Of a DNA stretch of 64,000 bases, positions 1-12,740 are shown piece after piece. A program made the position numbers and the translations under genes. The stretch lies in the NCBI RefSeq assembly GCF_009914755.1, contig NC_060942.1; one strand, 5' to 3'. This DNA comes from the human T2T-CHM13v2.0 reference genome, Homo sapiens. The stretch's first letter is position 1; every line of letters starts with the position of its first letter. Under the pieces are notes generated by a model. It saw only the letters and a program-made list of their open reading frames with translations, did not search any database and was not told the origin of the DNA.

Positions 1-35
1 GCTGGGATTACAGGCGTGAGCCACCACGCCCGGCC
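1..35 (-). mobile_element. Alu 5' end, truncated by the window edge
   Basis: Reverse complement reads GGCCGGGCGTGGTGGCTCACGCCTGTAATCCCAGC, the Alu 5' consensus. Confidence 0.95.
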
Positions 36-1154
36 TGAAAGATTTTTAAAAAGATCTTGCTGCTGATTTCATAAATCACATCAATGAACCATTGCATGTC
101 CTTGACAATCTAGTTCTCCTGACTGCCTCTTTTTCTTTCCTGGTTTGATCATTAGGATGGTCTTGTGAGAAATGACGGACCTGGATTCCCACCTATGTTT
201 TCCACATCAGAAAATACCAACTTGGATTAAGGAGCATTTCTTCCATTGTCCATTGATGGAAAAGCCCCCCATGCGTCCCTGGGACGTCTGCAGGGACCAC
301 CACAGATGCTGTATGTGTGTGATGCTGGCCCGTGGTCTACACCCAAACTCTCTTCAAAACTAGTCTCTCTAAATAACACGTTTCTCCATGAGAAAATCTA
401 AATGTGGGCTCTTCCAAATTGGAGAACCATCATTTTTATTCCCTTAGTTCATAATTGGTGAGTCAGTTTTTTTGTGATGTGGCAAGGGGAAAATATTTCA
501 GTTATCAAAATGTGCTGCTGTGGGGGTTAGATGTGCTTTTACAGGGCATGGGATGGTGGCAGCCTCTCGATTTTACCCATAGTGGTCCATGAGCCGTGAG
601 CACTGTCTTCCTGTTTTATATCAGGAGGTATGTTTTCAATCAGCAGACCTTTATGGCTCTGCAGTTGCCCCCAAGAATTGTGGCGTCTGCGAAGCTTTCC
701 TGCGAAGGTGATACGTTCAACATGTAAAGCATAATCCCTCCCTGAAACCTTAAATTATCTAAACTGAAAGAGCTTTCCGGGTCTAACTGGCTTTTCTCAG
801 TGAGGTGGATTGTTTTCATTTGCTTCATTTCTCCTCTTTTGGCCTTTGAGCTGACTCTTGTCAGTTTCGTTCCTATTTAAAGTTAGTTTCACCTTTCAGT
901 TCCCTCCTCCATCTTAGCCTTACAGAGTTTCAGTTCCCCAAACAGTGTGTGTGGGGTGAGCTGGGGAGAGAAGCTTTATAATTCAGTCTAAAATAAAAAG
1001 ATTTCCCTGAAATATTGCAAAGATATTGGACAATGAGAGAAAGGCAATTTGATTGAAGAACTAATCTAGCACATTTTATGATGTTAGGCAAGTCACTCAT
1101 GGCAAATCTTCGAGCCTCACATTCCTGTGCTGTATGCAATGGCTTTAAACTAGA

Positions 1155-1348
1155 TTTTAGTTCTCAATTCTGGCTGCATGTTGGAATCACTAGGAAATTT
1201 TAAAAGCAGCAACCAAAAAACTCCAAAAAACTGACGTCTGCATCCTATCCTGTACCAATTAAACCAGAAAATCAAGAGGTGATTTTTAGGTATTTCTTTC
1301 AAGCTCCCCAGGTGATTTGTATGTGTGGCCAGGTTGGGAACTTCTGGC
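1155..1348. mobile_element. MER5-family (hAT-Charlie) DNA transposon
   Basis: GGCTGCATGTTGGAATCAC...AAGCTCCCCAGGTGATT...GCCAGGTTGGGAAC match MER5A/B motifs. Confidence 0.8.
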
Positions 1349-2349
1349 CTGCATGCTTGTGGAGAACCTGGGCTCCTTCTCAGCTGAGCATTGTCAGGAG
1401 TTGTGGTGGTGGAGGCTCTTGTTACAATAGCTGTAACAGTACTAGGGTAATACATGTCCCTGACTGGTGGTTCCATTTCCTATCAGACCTTTGCTTAGCT
1501 TGGTAAACACTGTTGCTGAAACAGACCTTATTTTAAAGGTGGCCATATAGAATATTTTCACCTTTAACTTCTCACTACTTCCTTGTTGAGATAGAGGCCT
1601 CCTCTCATCAGGTCTCAGACATCTCTCTCTGGATGGGGAAGGGAGGAAGCTGGTTTACGTGGGTGCACTGCAGAGGCCTGAAATGTGTCTGTACTTGAAG
1701 ATGCTCAGCTTAACCTATAAATTATCAGCCAGGACCTGTTTAGAAGCCCAGTTCTGCCTTGGTTACCCAAGATCTCAATGCAGCAGTGGCCAGCAAAAGC
1801 CAAATCTGAAATCTTGGTCAACTGACCTTATTTCTGTCATCAAAGGAAGGAGTGAGGCTTTGACTGAAGCCCAGTGCATTTTATTACCTTTAAGTTTAAA
1901 TGCTTATTCAGAACCATTCTGGCTGACACACCTCCTCTTTCCTTTTCCTTCTCTCTTCTCTCTAGCCCCTGCCAATCCAAACATGACAGAAGCACAAAAT
2001 CAAATTCAAATTTCAAGTGTAGTGTGCGATAACAATACATTTTTCAGTTATTTTGCAATCACTAGACCTAGAATTTGATTTTTTTATAAGATGGGTATGG
2101 AAATAGAGGGAGGTGTATATACTGTTTTTTAACTCGCAGTAAAATATATTTAAATAGCATCGAATGGTGATTTCCACCATGCCATCTTCAGTTTGAGAAA
2201 TAAAGGACATACAAAAAGAAGGAAGGAATCTTAAATAAGATTTAAGTTATGTTTATGATATCAAAGACATTTCAATCCTTTGCATATGGCTGATTAATGT
2301 GACATAGTATCTGTTGCCCATAATGTCTTTCATATTGAAATGATTATAA

Positions 2350-2920
2350 AAATGGTTACAACATTTGTATCTACTGTGTACCAGAGATTGACTTAGAACT
2401 TTTACATTGAGGTCATCTTTAATTCTCACCACAAAATCAGCCGTGCTACTTTATTTATTTTTAAAGCATGTTTTATTTATTTTTAAAAAATTTATAATTG
2501 ACATAATAATTTTACGTATTTCTAGGGTATAATGTGGGTTTTCAATGGATATATATGTAGTGTAATGATCAAATTGAGGTAATTACCATATACATTACAT
2601 TAAACATTTATCATTTCTGGTGACAGCATTCAAAATTTTCTTTTCTAGCTATCTTGAACTATACACTTCATTGTTATTTGCTATAATCACCCTACAGTGT
2701 AATAGAACACCACAACTTATTCTTTCTATCTGACTATAACTTTGTACCCATTGGCCAACCTTTACTGGTCCCCTCTCCCACATTTTAATTTTACTGATAA
2801 ATAAAACTAAATAAAAACTGAGGGTTAGCAAGCTTACAAAGCTTGCCCAGGGTCATACATGATAGATCATAGCACAGCTAGATCAGTCCATGTTGATCCT
2901 AACATTCTTTACAGCACCCT
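2350..2920 (-). mobile_element. MIR interrupted by an L1 insertion
   Basis: TTTAATTCTCACCACAA before the L1; AAACTGAGG...CTTGCCCAGGGTCATAC after it. Confidence 0.65.
2450..2782 (-). mobile_element. L1MA-type LINE-1 3' end fragment
   Basis: T-rich tail followed by AATTGACATAATAATT...TGTAATGATCAAAT...AATAGAACACCACAACTTATTC...TTTGTACCCATTGGCCAACC, typical of an antisense L1MA 3' UTR. Confidence 0.85.
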
Positions 2921-3539
2921 ACTAATCCTGAAGAATTGACTACAGTTCCTTATCAAGAGAATGTCCTCTTGAGTAAGGGCAGCCATAGATTACAGTGCTC
3001 TTATTGGATCTATGTTGTTATGTCAGTGTATTTCTTAAGACAACCTACTATATTTTTGTTAGAGATTTATGCCATACACATATTGCTTTTGAATGGACCT
3101 TTGGTAATCATTGTTGTATATGAGCCTCGTGATAACCAAAGGAATTAGGCAGAACAATTGTTTTTCTTTCCTTTTTCCTGCTAAGGGGAGAAAATCAAGG
3201 CAAGGAGAAATCAGTTGCCTTGTTTATAGGTTTTTTGATGTCCGAGCCAGGGCCTGGACTCAGGCCTTCTGACTCCTGCTCCAGTGGTCCTTCCATGACT
3301 TGTGACTCATGGTAGGTCTTTGTGCATGACCTGGCCCCATTGTTGTACCCTGGCTGACCCTGGCCATCTAAATGCACAGAGGGTGCTATATTAGGACCGT
3401 TATGTAATGAACTGGGCCAGCTGGCCAGACTGGTCTTTCAAGGTTTACCTCTCCCTTTGGCCAATTGACAGTTCTACCAAGCTTCTAAACACTTTTTTTT
3501 TTTTCTTTTTCCTGCTTCAGGCTTTCCTGACTTCTTTTC

Positions 3540-3880
3540 CCAGTTCTGGAGTGCTCTCCCTGGAGTTATCACTCTAGCAAATTCTTCCAGTTCTTTAGGC
3601 CCAGCCCAGAACACACCTCTTCAGGAGCTCTTCCTTGACAGCAGCCTGTTCTTGGTATTACCCTAGGCCCTGAGTTCTTAAGATATTGTTATCTGGACTG
3701 TACAACCCATTAAGCAAGTTGCACATATAGGTTTACATTTTGTTCAGATCTTCAAGTACATGTAAAGCTAGAGGTATTTGTCCATTCTTTTCTGTGTCCC
3801 AGGTATGGAGGTAGAGGTGGGAGTGGTGCTAGCATAGTTCTAAGCACGCAGTGCTTAGAGCAGATAACCATTGACTTGTC
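3540..3880 (+). mobile_element. Degraded L2 3' fragment
   Basis: CACACCTCTTCAGGAGCTCTTCCTTGAC and a tail-like GCTAGCATAGTTCTAAGCAC. Confidence 0.5.
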
Positions 3881-4229
3881 TCTTGTTTACTATATAGTAT
3901 TATCTCAATGGTTGACAGGGTATATTGTGAAGCAGAAAGGGAAGATGTAATTATTTTTCAAACAGATATGGGTCAAGAGTTTCCCATTGAGGCTGGGAAT
4001 GTGGGAGTGGTACCCAGGGAAGGAAAGGCAATGCAAGCCCATGTCTGGGGTGAAAAAGCCAAGTCCTTCAAAGTATATTTAACAGTTCCGTCACCATCAA
4101 TGATTAGCATTGGCAGAAAAAGGAACAGCCATTTCTAAAGTGAATCTAAGTGTCAGAATTTAAAGGTCCTGAACTGAACTCAACTATTGACTTGCTTTTA
4201 GCTCTTAAGTTAGATCATTCTTTTTATGA

Positions 4230-4640
4230 GTTATTCATTCATTCTCTAAATAGTAACAGAGTATTTATTTGGTGTAAGGCATGGTGTCAAGTATTACATA
4301 GAATAAAGACTTGGTAAAGATTTAGTGCCTGTCATCCAAAAGATATCATTAGCAGGAGGCAAACACTAATATGTATATAATAAGTGCTATATGAGCAGCA
4401 CAAAGACAAGACAGAAATTATTCTAGACTTTGAAGAGACCTCATTTACAGAAGTCTTCACTGATGAATTTAACTGGGCCTAAAAATTAAATAGAGATAGG
4501 GAGGGAAGCATGCCAGTCCATAAGTAAAACATCATTCCAGGTGTTGAGGGAACAATGAGTAACTACAGAGGCTGGAGTAAATAGTTGAAGTTATGAAATA
4601 GTAGGTCATAGAAGACGTTAAATGCAAGGTCATGGAAGTC
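4230..4640 (-). mobile_element. L2 fragment
   Basis: Starts with ATTCATTCATTC, the antisense L2 tail, then L2-like 3' sequence. Confidence 0.6.
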
Positions 4641-5084
4641 AAACTTTGATGGGCAGAGGGGATATGTTAATGGTACAAACCAATGTGGCATAGAATCGAA
4701 GGAAATAATTCAAATTCGTGTCCCGGTGTCTTCACCTCTACAATAAGAAAAGGTAAACTGATCACTCCCTCTAGGCTTCCTGGCATGTGGTGAGAAACAG
4801 AGAGGCAATTGACATCAAGGTGTTTGCGTGTCTGGTGAAAGGAAGCACCACCAGCCACAGCATGGAGCTGCGTTGTTTGCAGTTGATGTTTACTGTATTG
4901 ACTCTCTAAACTCCCACTGTGAACATTTTGGAAACTCAAGAGAGATAGTAAATGGCAATGGTCATTTAAAGCTATGAAACGCTTTCTCTGGTACTCTTCT
5001 AATTATGCTGAAAGCCAAAATTTAAATAATCTTTGGAGAGATATCCCTACGCTTCTGATAACATTAATTACTGACTGACCTCAC

Positions 5085-6340
<1,256 letters not shown>

Positions 6341-7599
6341 AGTAATCCCCTCTAAAAATAGAACTCAGAAGAGACAGTCAGGGTTAGGATCTAGCCCAGG
6401 ATGAACTTTGTTAAAGGCCACAGCAAAGGAAAGCCCTTAAGTTGGAAGCCTTGGGTTGAGACCAGGTTTTGCCGCAAACATGCTCCGTGTTACGAAATTC
6501 ACCTAGAGCTCACAAACCACACTTTCCTTGTGTGTTGAATGGGTGCTGATATCTTGCCTATAAGATAGAAGTGAAGATCAATTGAGTAGGTAGATGTACC
6601 TTTCCCTCTGTAGGAAAAAAAAAAAGCAGATTTGGTTCCTCTTCTTTCCTTGCAGAAGGAAAGAAGTTTTCCCATTGATTTTGTTTCTCTCTCTTTGGAA
6701 CAAGATAGCGACACGAGGGTTTTGTTGTTATTGTTGTTTCCAGCTTTAAGCAGGCATTTTGTGGGTGGATATGAAGGCATTTGGTTTTATTTTGGTGATG
6801 GTTTCTAATTTTATCTTCTCTTGTTTATGTAGGTTTTTTGTTTTGTTTTAATGTGATAAATGGCCAGCAACTTCTCTGAGCCCTGTGGAAATGGTATCCA
6901 GGCTACGGAATAATTATTTAGTGAATGGCGGATCCAGTTTATGTTGGCACAGATCAAATTAATCATTATTAATCATGCCCCAATGACAGTAACCTCATCC
7001 CTTGCAGAAGTGCTATTCTTTATTAAGCAGTAATAGCTGTGAGGAATGACTGAGCTCTACTCCGGTTACACTCTACTATGCCTTTCCCTATTTCTCAGCA
7101 GGAGAGGGAGAGCAACACACATCCAGAGTGAAAATAAAAGGAAGAATTAAAAACAAACAAGCACCCATGAAGCATCTCCCTCTTCCTACTACCTATGACA
7201 AGAACTCAAGTTCCAGCATAAGAAAAGAAAAGGGGCTTTGCAGTATGCTGCCCCTCAAAAGGAACAGAGTAAATGATTATAATAGTAATTAGAGTTATAC
7301 TTAAGGAAGTGGTGTTTATTAGCCAGCCTGTAGTAGGACTAAATCCACAGGCTTCCTCACCTAGTTCCTCTGCCAGTGCTTGGATCTTGAGAGTTGCAAT
7401 CTCTAAGCTTTTTAAACTCACTTCTATCTGAAAGGTACTTCCCATTCTGGGGTGTGTGTGTGTGGAATTGCTTCCAAGAACAAGATAAGCTCTTTGCCTA
7501 GGGAAAGTTGGTAAAGGAGGCTTACTGTTCAGTTTCAGTCCACATTGAAATACAGGACATATGGAAAATAGAGCATGATACATGGTCCGGCAGTGGACA

Positions 7600-7700
7600 A
7601 CGGGTCATGGGGCTTGGCTTCAGTTCTGGTTGTGTGACCTTAGGAAAGCTCTTAACTTCTTGTAGTCTTGATTTTTCAGGTCTGTAAATTGGAATGATGA
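7600..7700 (+). mobile_element. MIR core
   Basis: TGTGTGACCTTAGGAAAGCTCTTAAC...TCTGTAAATTGG. Confidence 0.75.
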
Positions 7701-8230
7701 TATGGAACATTATTTAGCCTTAAAAAGGAAGGAAATTTGAATGCATGCTACAACATGGATGAGACTTGAGGACATTATATGAAGTGAAATGAGAACAAAA
7801 GAACAAACACTGTACAATTCCATCTATACAAGTATCTAGAGTAGTCACATTTATAGAGACAGAATAGAATAGTGGTTTCAGGGGGTGGGTGATAGAAGGG
7901 AAGGAGGGGTTCTTCTTTTAACGTATATAGACTTCCAGTTTTGCACAATGAAAAGAGTTCTGTGGATGGATGGTGGTGATGGTTGCGTAACAATGTGAAT
8001 GTACTTAATACTACTGATTATACACTTAAAAGTGGTTGAAAATGAGCCATGGGTGGTAGTGGGTGCCTGTAGTAACAGCTACTTATGAGGCTGAGGCAGG
8101 AGGATTAGTTGAGCTCAAAGTTCAAGGCCTGCCAAGGCAACATAGCAAGACCCTGTCTCTGAAAAAAAAAGTGATTAAGATGATAAATTTTATCTTATGT
8201 GTATTTTATGCAATTTCAAAAATGTAAAAT
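7700..8230 (+). mobile_element. L1MB-type LINE-1 3' end containing a nested Alu monomer
   Basis: GCCTTAAAAAGGAAGGAAAT...CATGCTACAACATGGATGA...GATGGTGGTGATGGTTGC...AATGTGAATGTACTTAAT...AAATTTTATCTTATGTGTATTTT. Confidence 0.9.
8045..8170 (+). mobile_element. FLAM-type Alu monomer
   Basis: GCCTGTAGT..CAGCTACT..GAGGCTGAGGCAGGAGGAT..GGCAACATAGCAAGACCCTGTCTC plus A tail; flanked by TSD-like AAAAGTGGTT / AAAAGTGATT. Confidence 0.85.
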
Positions 8231-8439
8231 GAAATGGTAATAATCTCTAAAAACTTATATCTTTGAGTATGGATCTATTATAGTCCCTCAGAGTGCTGGG
8301 GAATAAAGTGATGAGATCACTGGAGGGCAATCTGTAAGACCCCACGAAGGTCTGTCCCATGGAAGGGGGAGAATTTCCTTTCATTGTGGTTTCACAGAGC
8401 AAATTTAGAAACAATAGGTAGGAGTGACAGGAAGAAAAA

Positions 8440-8600
8440 CTTTGTATCAACTTAAGAAAATTTGTATTTGCAAATAAAAATTTAAAAAGGCTGTCCAAGA
8501 GGAATGAGCTCCCACAGGAAGTAGTCATCTCCCTCTCCTGGGGATGTCCAAGCACAGATGATGCGCTCATCTGCATGGCCATTGTCCTCCTTCCCAAGGT
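8440..8600 (+). mobile_element. L3/CR1 LINE 3' fragment
   Basis: GGCTGTCCAAGAGGAATGAGCTCCCACAGGAAGTAGT...TCCTGGGGATGTCCAAGCA resembles the CR1/L3 3' end. Confidence 0.6.
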
Positions 8601-11187
8601 TCTACAGTCCTTTATTCCTTTCCCTTCTTACTAGTGTGAGTGTTTTCTTTCATTCCCCAAAATAATGGCATCCATTACTACAAAGAAAAACACAATCCTG
8701 CAGCTATTAAGGACTCCACAGGTTATGTGGGAGTAAATTGAGTTATCTGGGCACAGACCAACTTATTAGAAAACTATTCTCAGAGGAGTCACCACCTGTG
8801 ACTTGGGTCTTGAACTTAAAAGTTTCTAGTTCAGCAAAGGAAAGGATGTCAGCAAATTCAACTCACCAAATTGGTATTCAGCTTAGGAACTCCTTACCTC
8901 CTTAAGATGGTTATATGAAATACTTGTAAAAAAAGATTAAACAGGTTAGTAAATTGCATTAAATGTGATATGCGTTATTAGCTTCATGTTTGTGATTAGG
9001 GTCAACATAGGCCACCACCATCCCATCTGCAGCATTATAATCCTGGGGGAGATGTATGCTGTTTGATATCATGTGAAAATTATGTTATTCTTATGTCTTT
9101 AAATGTTTGACATCATCACTTATTTACAGCGTAGATATTAAGTGGGAATAAAACGAAATAGACGTTTCATAGAGTCTTTCTCAAACAAGCCTTTGATATA
9201 CTCGTTTTCTCAGCACCCAATCTTCTGCCTCAAAGTTAGGAAGCTGATAAAGGATAGTCCATTTTGAAACAGTGTCCTGAGAACTATTGGTAGGATGAAC
9301 ATTGGAAGCCCATAGCATCCTGTGACTGCCTCTATCACATTACTTGTTCTAATGGTTAGAAAATTCTGATGACTTTTCTTTCCCGTAATAGACTGAGCTC
9401 CTTGGAATCAAGATTCATGCGTCTTTCACTTTGGTGTCTCTGTATAGGAGCACAGTAGGGGCACCTGTTGTTAGTAATGTAAGATCTTGTAGAGTCTGGG
9501 CTGGTGGTCTTTAAGGTGTGATTTGGGAGGTTTTGATGCTTCAAAGTCCAATGTTGATTGCCAAGAGATTGTTAAGTGAGAGGAATCTGTTCTTCTGACC
9601 CCACTCTAACCATACAAGCTCTGCTTTTCATTTATGTTACATATTGGGATCTCCAGTGAAGTTTTCTCTAAAAATATTTTGAAAGACACATACACAGATA
9701 CTTAAAACCTTATTAAATGCTTTCATGGTGTATGTGTGTGTATGTGTGTGTGTGTGGTATGTGTCTGGTATGTATGTCGTGTGTGGCAGAGCTTAGGATA
9801 AGGTGTAAATGTTTTCAGATTTCTTTATTCAGTTTAATTCTTCAATTAATGTTTCTCTACTTTTGGAGGAATTGGGTTGGTTACAATACAAGTTGTTCCA
9901 TTAAGGATCTGTCAAGACTAGCTGAGGTTTTTTTCATATTCACCAAGATTTTTGGTGATTACCGGGTGTTTTGTTCTTTTCCTTCTAAAAGGATTTGAGC
10001 TTCCCATTAGTGGATTTATAATGATCATTGCTTAACCATATCAGACAATGAATTACACAAGAAACCTACAATTCCTGAATTGTTGCAAACCTCATAAAGT
10101 ATATACGGAGATCTGTTTCACTAAAGACTTTGTTATTTTGACAGTTGCCCTTGGTTGCTCAAGAAAACCTCCTGGAAACCCTCATAAGAAGACAAAGACT
10201 GCTTGCTCTGCAGTTGTTTTCCGTATACCCACAGTGGGTGATAGAGTGGAATATGGGCAGATAGACTCTTTTGTCTCTGCAACAGCCCTCTGAAAAGAGT
10301 TGGACAGTGGGACCTGTTGGGTATAACATACCTGCTTGTGGTTTTTCTTCAGTAACAGAGGTGGGAGGTACACTAAAATGGCAGGGAAGAGAGGAGAAAA
10401 AAACAAGATGAAGGGTCAGCTAACTGCTCAGGGCTGAACCAAGGAGGCTGGAGAGGGTGCTGGGGCTTGCTTTTGGTTTGGTGGTTGGTCCAGAAAAGGA
10501 ACTCTCATCTACAATGAATTCAAGGGTCCCAGCAGTTGGACTTTCCATGGGAATCTGGGTAGAGAATTTCTACTTAACACATGTCCCTTTTTACGTCTTG
10601 ATGCCATTTTTTATTTCTTTCCATGGTAGCTCAACCTCGGGAAGCTTTGGACTTAGCCTGAAACAAGTCTTTACTCTTTAGTATTGGTTCTAACAAATGC
10701 AAGTCCCTTGGGAGCAAAAGGTTCAAAATACAAAAGTCCTGATATTTTTTTCAGACCACAAGAAGTTCCTTTCAGAATGTGCTGTTTATCTCTGCTCTTA
10801 CTGAATGATGATTTCTTAGGAATGTGTCCATTAAAAGATACCTATTTAGATTGCCTTGGCTTAAGCCAAGTTCTCCAATACATTCTGATTGTCTAAATTC
10901 TTTCTTCTTTTCTTCTATGTTAGGTGCATTTCAGGGTCCAGAAGTGAGTATTGAGTGTGTATTTCTGTATCTACTTGTTGAGAATGGAGAGTAGAGAATT
11001 CAAAGCTTTATTCTTTCCCATAACTATTCTTATAAGGAAATCAAATACAAACAAAAAAGGAAGTCACATGCACAACCACTATTATGCTATATAGAAGTTC
11101 ATGAAGTGCCACCTTTCTGTGGCCATGGAGGGAAAAGGCAGAGTCTTGCTGGCATCTTCAGCCACTCACATACATATGCTGCTGTGC

Positions 11188-11381
11188 TGAGGGTCATCTT
11201 TTAGCATCGAGACCGACAGCACCTGTGTACCCATGTGCCATCTAGACCATGTACATGAAGGCACACCAGCTGCTGTGTGGCCTCACAAAGACAATTCCAG
11301 AAATCCTCAAATTCTCACTCTCAACTGAACCATCTAAAGAAAGCCCTAGGCTGTCCCTGACTCCTAGTGGATCCTGAAATT
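11188..11381. repeat. Left arm of a ~195-bp inverted duplication (partner 12542-12740)
   Basis: Manual alignment of the reverse complement to 12542-12740 gives about 34 mismatches and 2 gaps (~80% identity). The ORF track shows it too: QDPLGVRDSL..SLDGSVESEN (-) vs QDLLGVRDSL..SLDGRIESEN (+). Confidence 0.95.
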
Positions 11382-12439
11382 CTTTCAAAAGGAAGAGGAA
11401 AACGCTGCTTTCCATTTCCTCTTTCCCCTCCTCCCAGCTCTTTTGAGAAATCAAACACAGAATGCAAATTCTACAGGAGAGATAATACTGATTTCTATTC
11501 GAACTGAAATATTAATGACTGATAACTGATATGTTAATGAGAAGAGTTTCTGTGGAAGCAATTGAAAAGAGAATAAGGACCCTATGGCTAGCATGTTTGG
11601 ATGAGAGAGAGCATAGAGCCATAAGTAAAACGTGCTGAGTATTGGCTGGGAGCCTGGAAGAAAACAGCACCTCCTTGGTTTGCCTGAGGCTGATCCTGGG
11701 TGAGATGGTGGGTTAATGTCCTTACTTCTGTGGCTCTTGATCAGTTAGACATCAAACATCTTCCAAGTTCACCTCCTTTATTTGGTTTATTTTTAACCTA
11801 TTTTATCTATTTTCGCCTTTGATTTATCCTTTTAGTCTAGAATTTTGGTATTTTTGAAGTGTCCTTGGGATATGCAGTGGATTCGTGTTTTCATCTATTG
11901 CACTTGGATGTTTCATGACAAATATCTCACCCTGTTTTTGTTTTTGTTTTTGTTTTCACACTTGCCAGAGCAAAACATTTTTCAGCCTTAATTGTTCAGG
12001 AACAGCCCACAAAAGATTTAGCGCCATTCCTTTAAAAGTCTTCAATTGTAGGTGATAACTATACAGATGTCTGGGAGCTCAGTAAACCAAATCTTATCAG
12101 AAAGTGTGGGAGGCATTATGCACTAGAATGTAGAGTCAAATATTTCCTGACAGTAGGGTGGGAGCAAGAAAAGTTGGATTCCAGAAGGCATTCTTGGAAT
12201 CAGAGAATGCCTGAGAACAGAAGGTGGAGGTGTGACTCCAGACCCAGGATTGTCACCGGAAGGCAATATAGAGAACTGTGTGGCCCTTAGAATGAGGGTT
12301 CTGGGTCATGTGAGGTTCATCATGGCCATCACAGTGGCCTGCTGCATATTGAGCTGCCCACTCTAGACTATTGATTTCACCTTGCAGGGAGGCCAATACC
12401 ATGATCTCTGATAGCCTATGTCACTCATTTTCAGCCTGC

Positions 12440-12545
12440 TGTTGGGGTTGCTGGCTGCACCAGAATTACCTGGGAATTTTTCATAAATACAGATTCCCAG
12501 GATCCACTCCAGATCTACTGATTCAGAACTTCTGAGGGTGAAACT
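12440..12545. mobile_element. Truncated MER5-family DNA transposon
   Basis: GGCTGCACCAGAATTACCTGGGAA...AAATACAGATTCCCAGG...CCAGATCTACTGATTCAGAAC. Confidence 0.8.
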
Positions 12546-12740
12546 TCAGGATCTACTAGGAGTTAGGGACAGTCTAGAGCATTCTTTGGATGGTAGGATT
12601 GAGAGTGAGAATTCTGGGACTTCTGCAATTAAGTGTCTTTGTGAGCCCTCACAGAGGCTGGTGTGGTTTCGTCTACCTGGTCTAGATGGTGCATGGGTGC
12701 ACAGGTGGTGTCAGGTCCCGTTACTGAAAGAGGACCCTCA
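12542..12740. repeat. Right arm of the inverted duplication, flanked by 22-bp direct repeats
   Basis: CAGAACTTCTGAGGGTGAAACT (12524-12545) and CAGAGTTTCTGAGGGTGAAACT (12742-12763) match at 20 of 22 positions. Confidence 0.95.

Noticed and set aside
12373-12408. Similarity to the U1 snRNA 5' end (CACCTTGCAGGGAGG..ATACCATGATC)
   Set aside because: Only ~30 nt with gaps, no continuation into the rest of U1, and no tail or TSD; may be chance.
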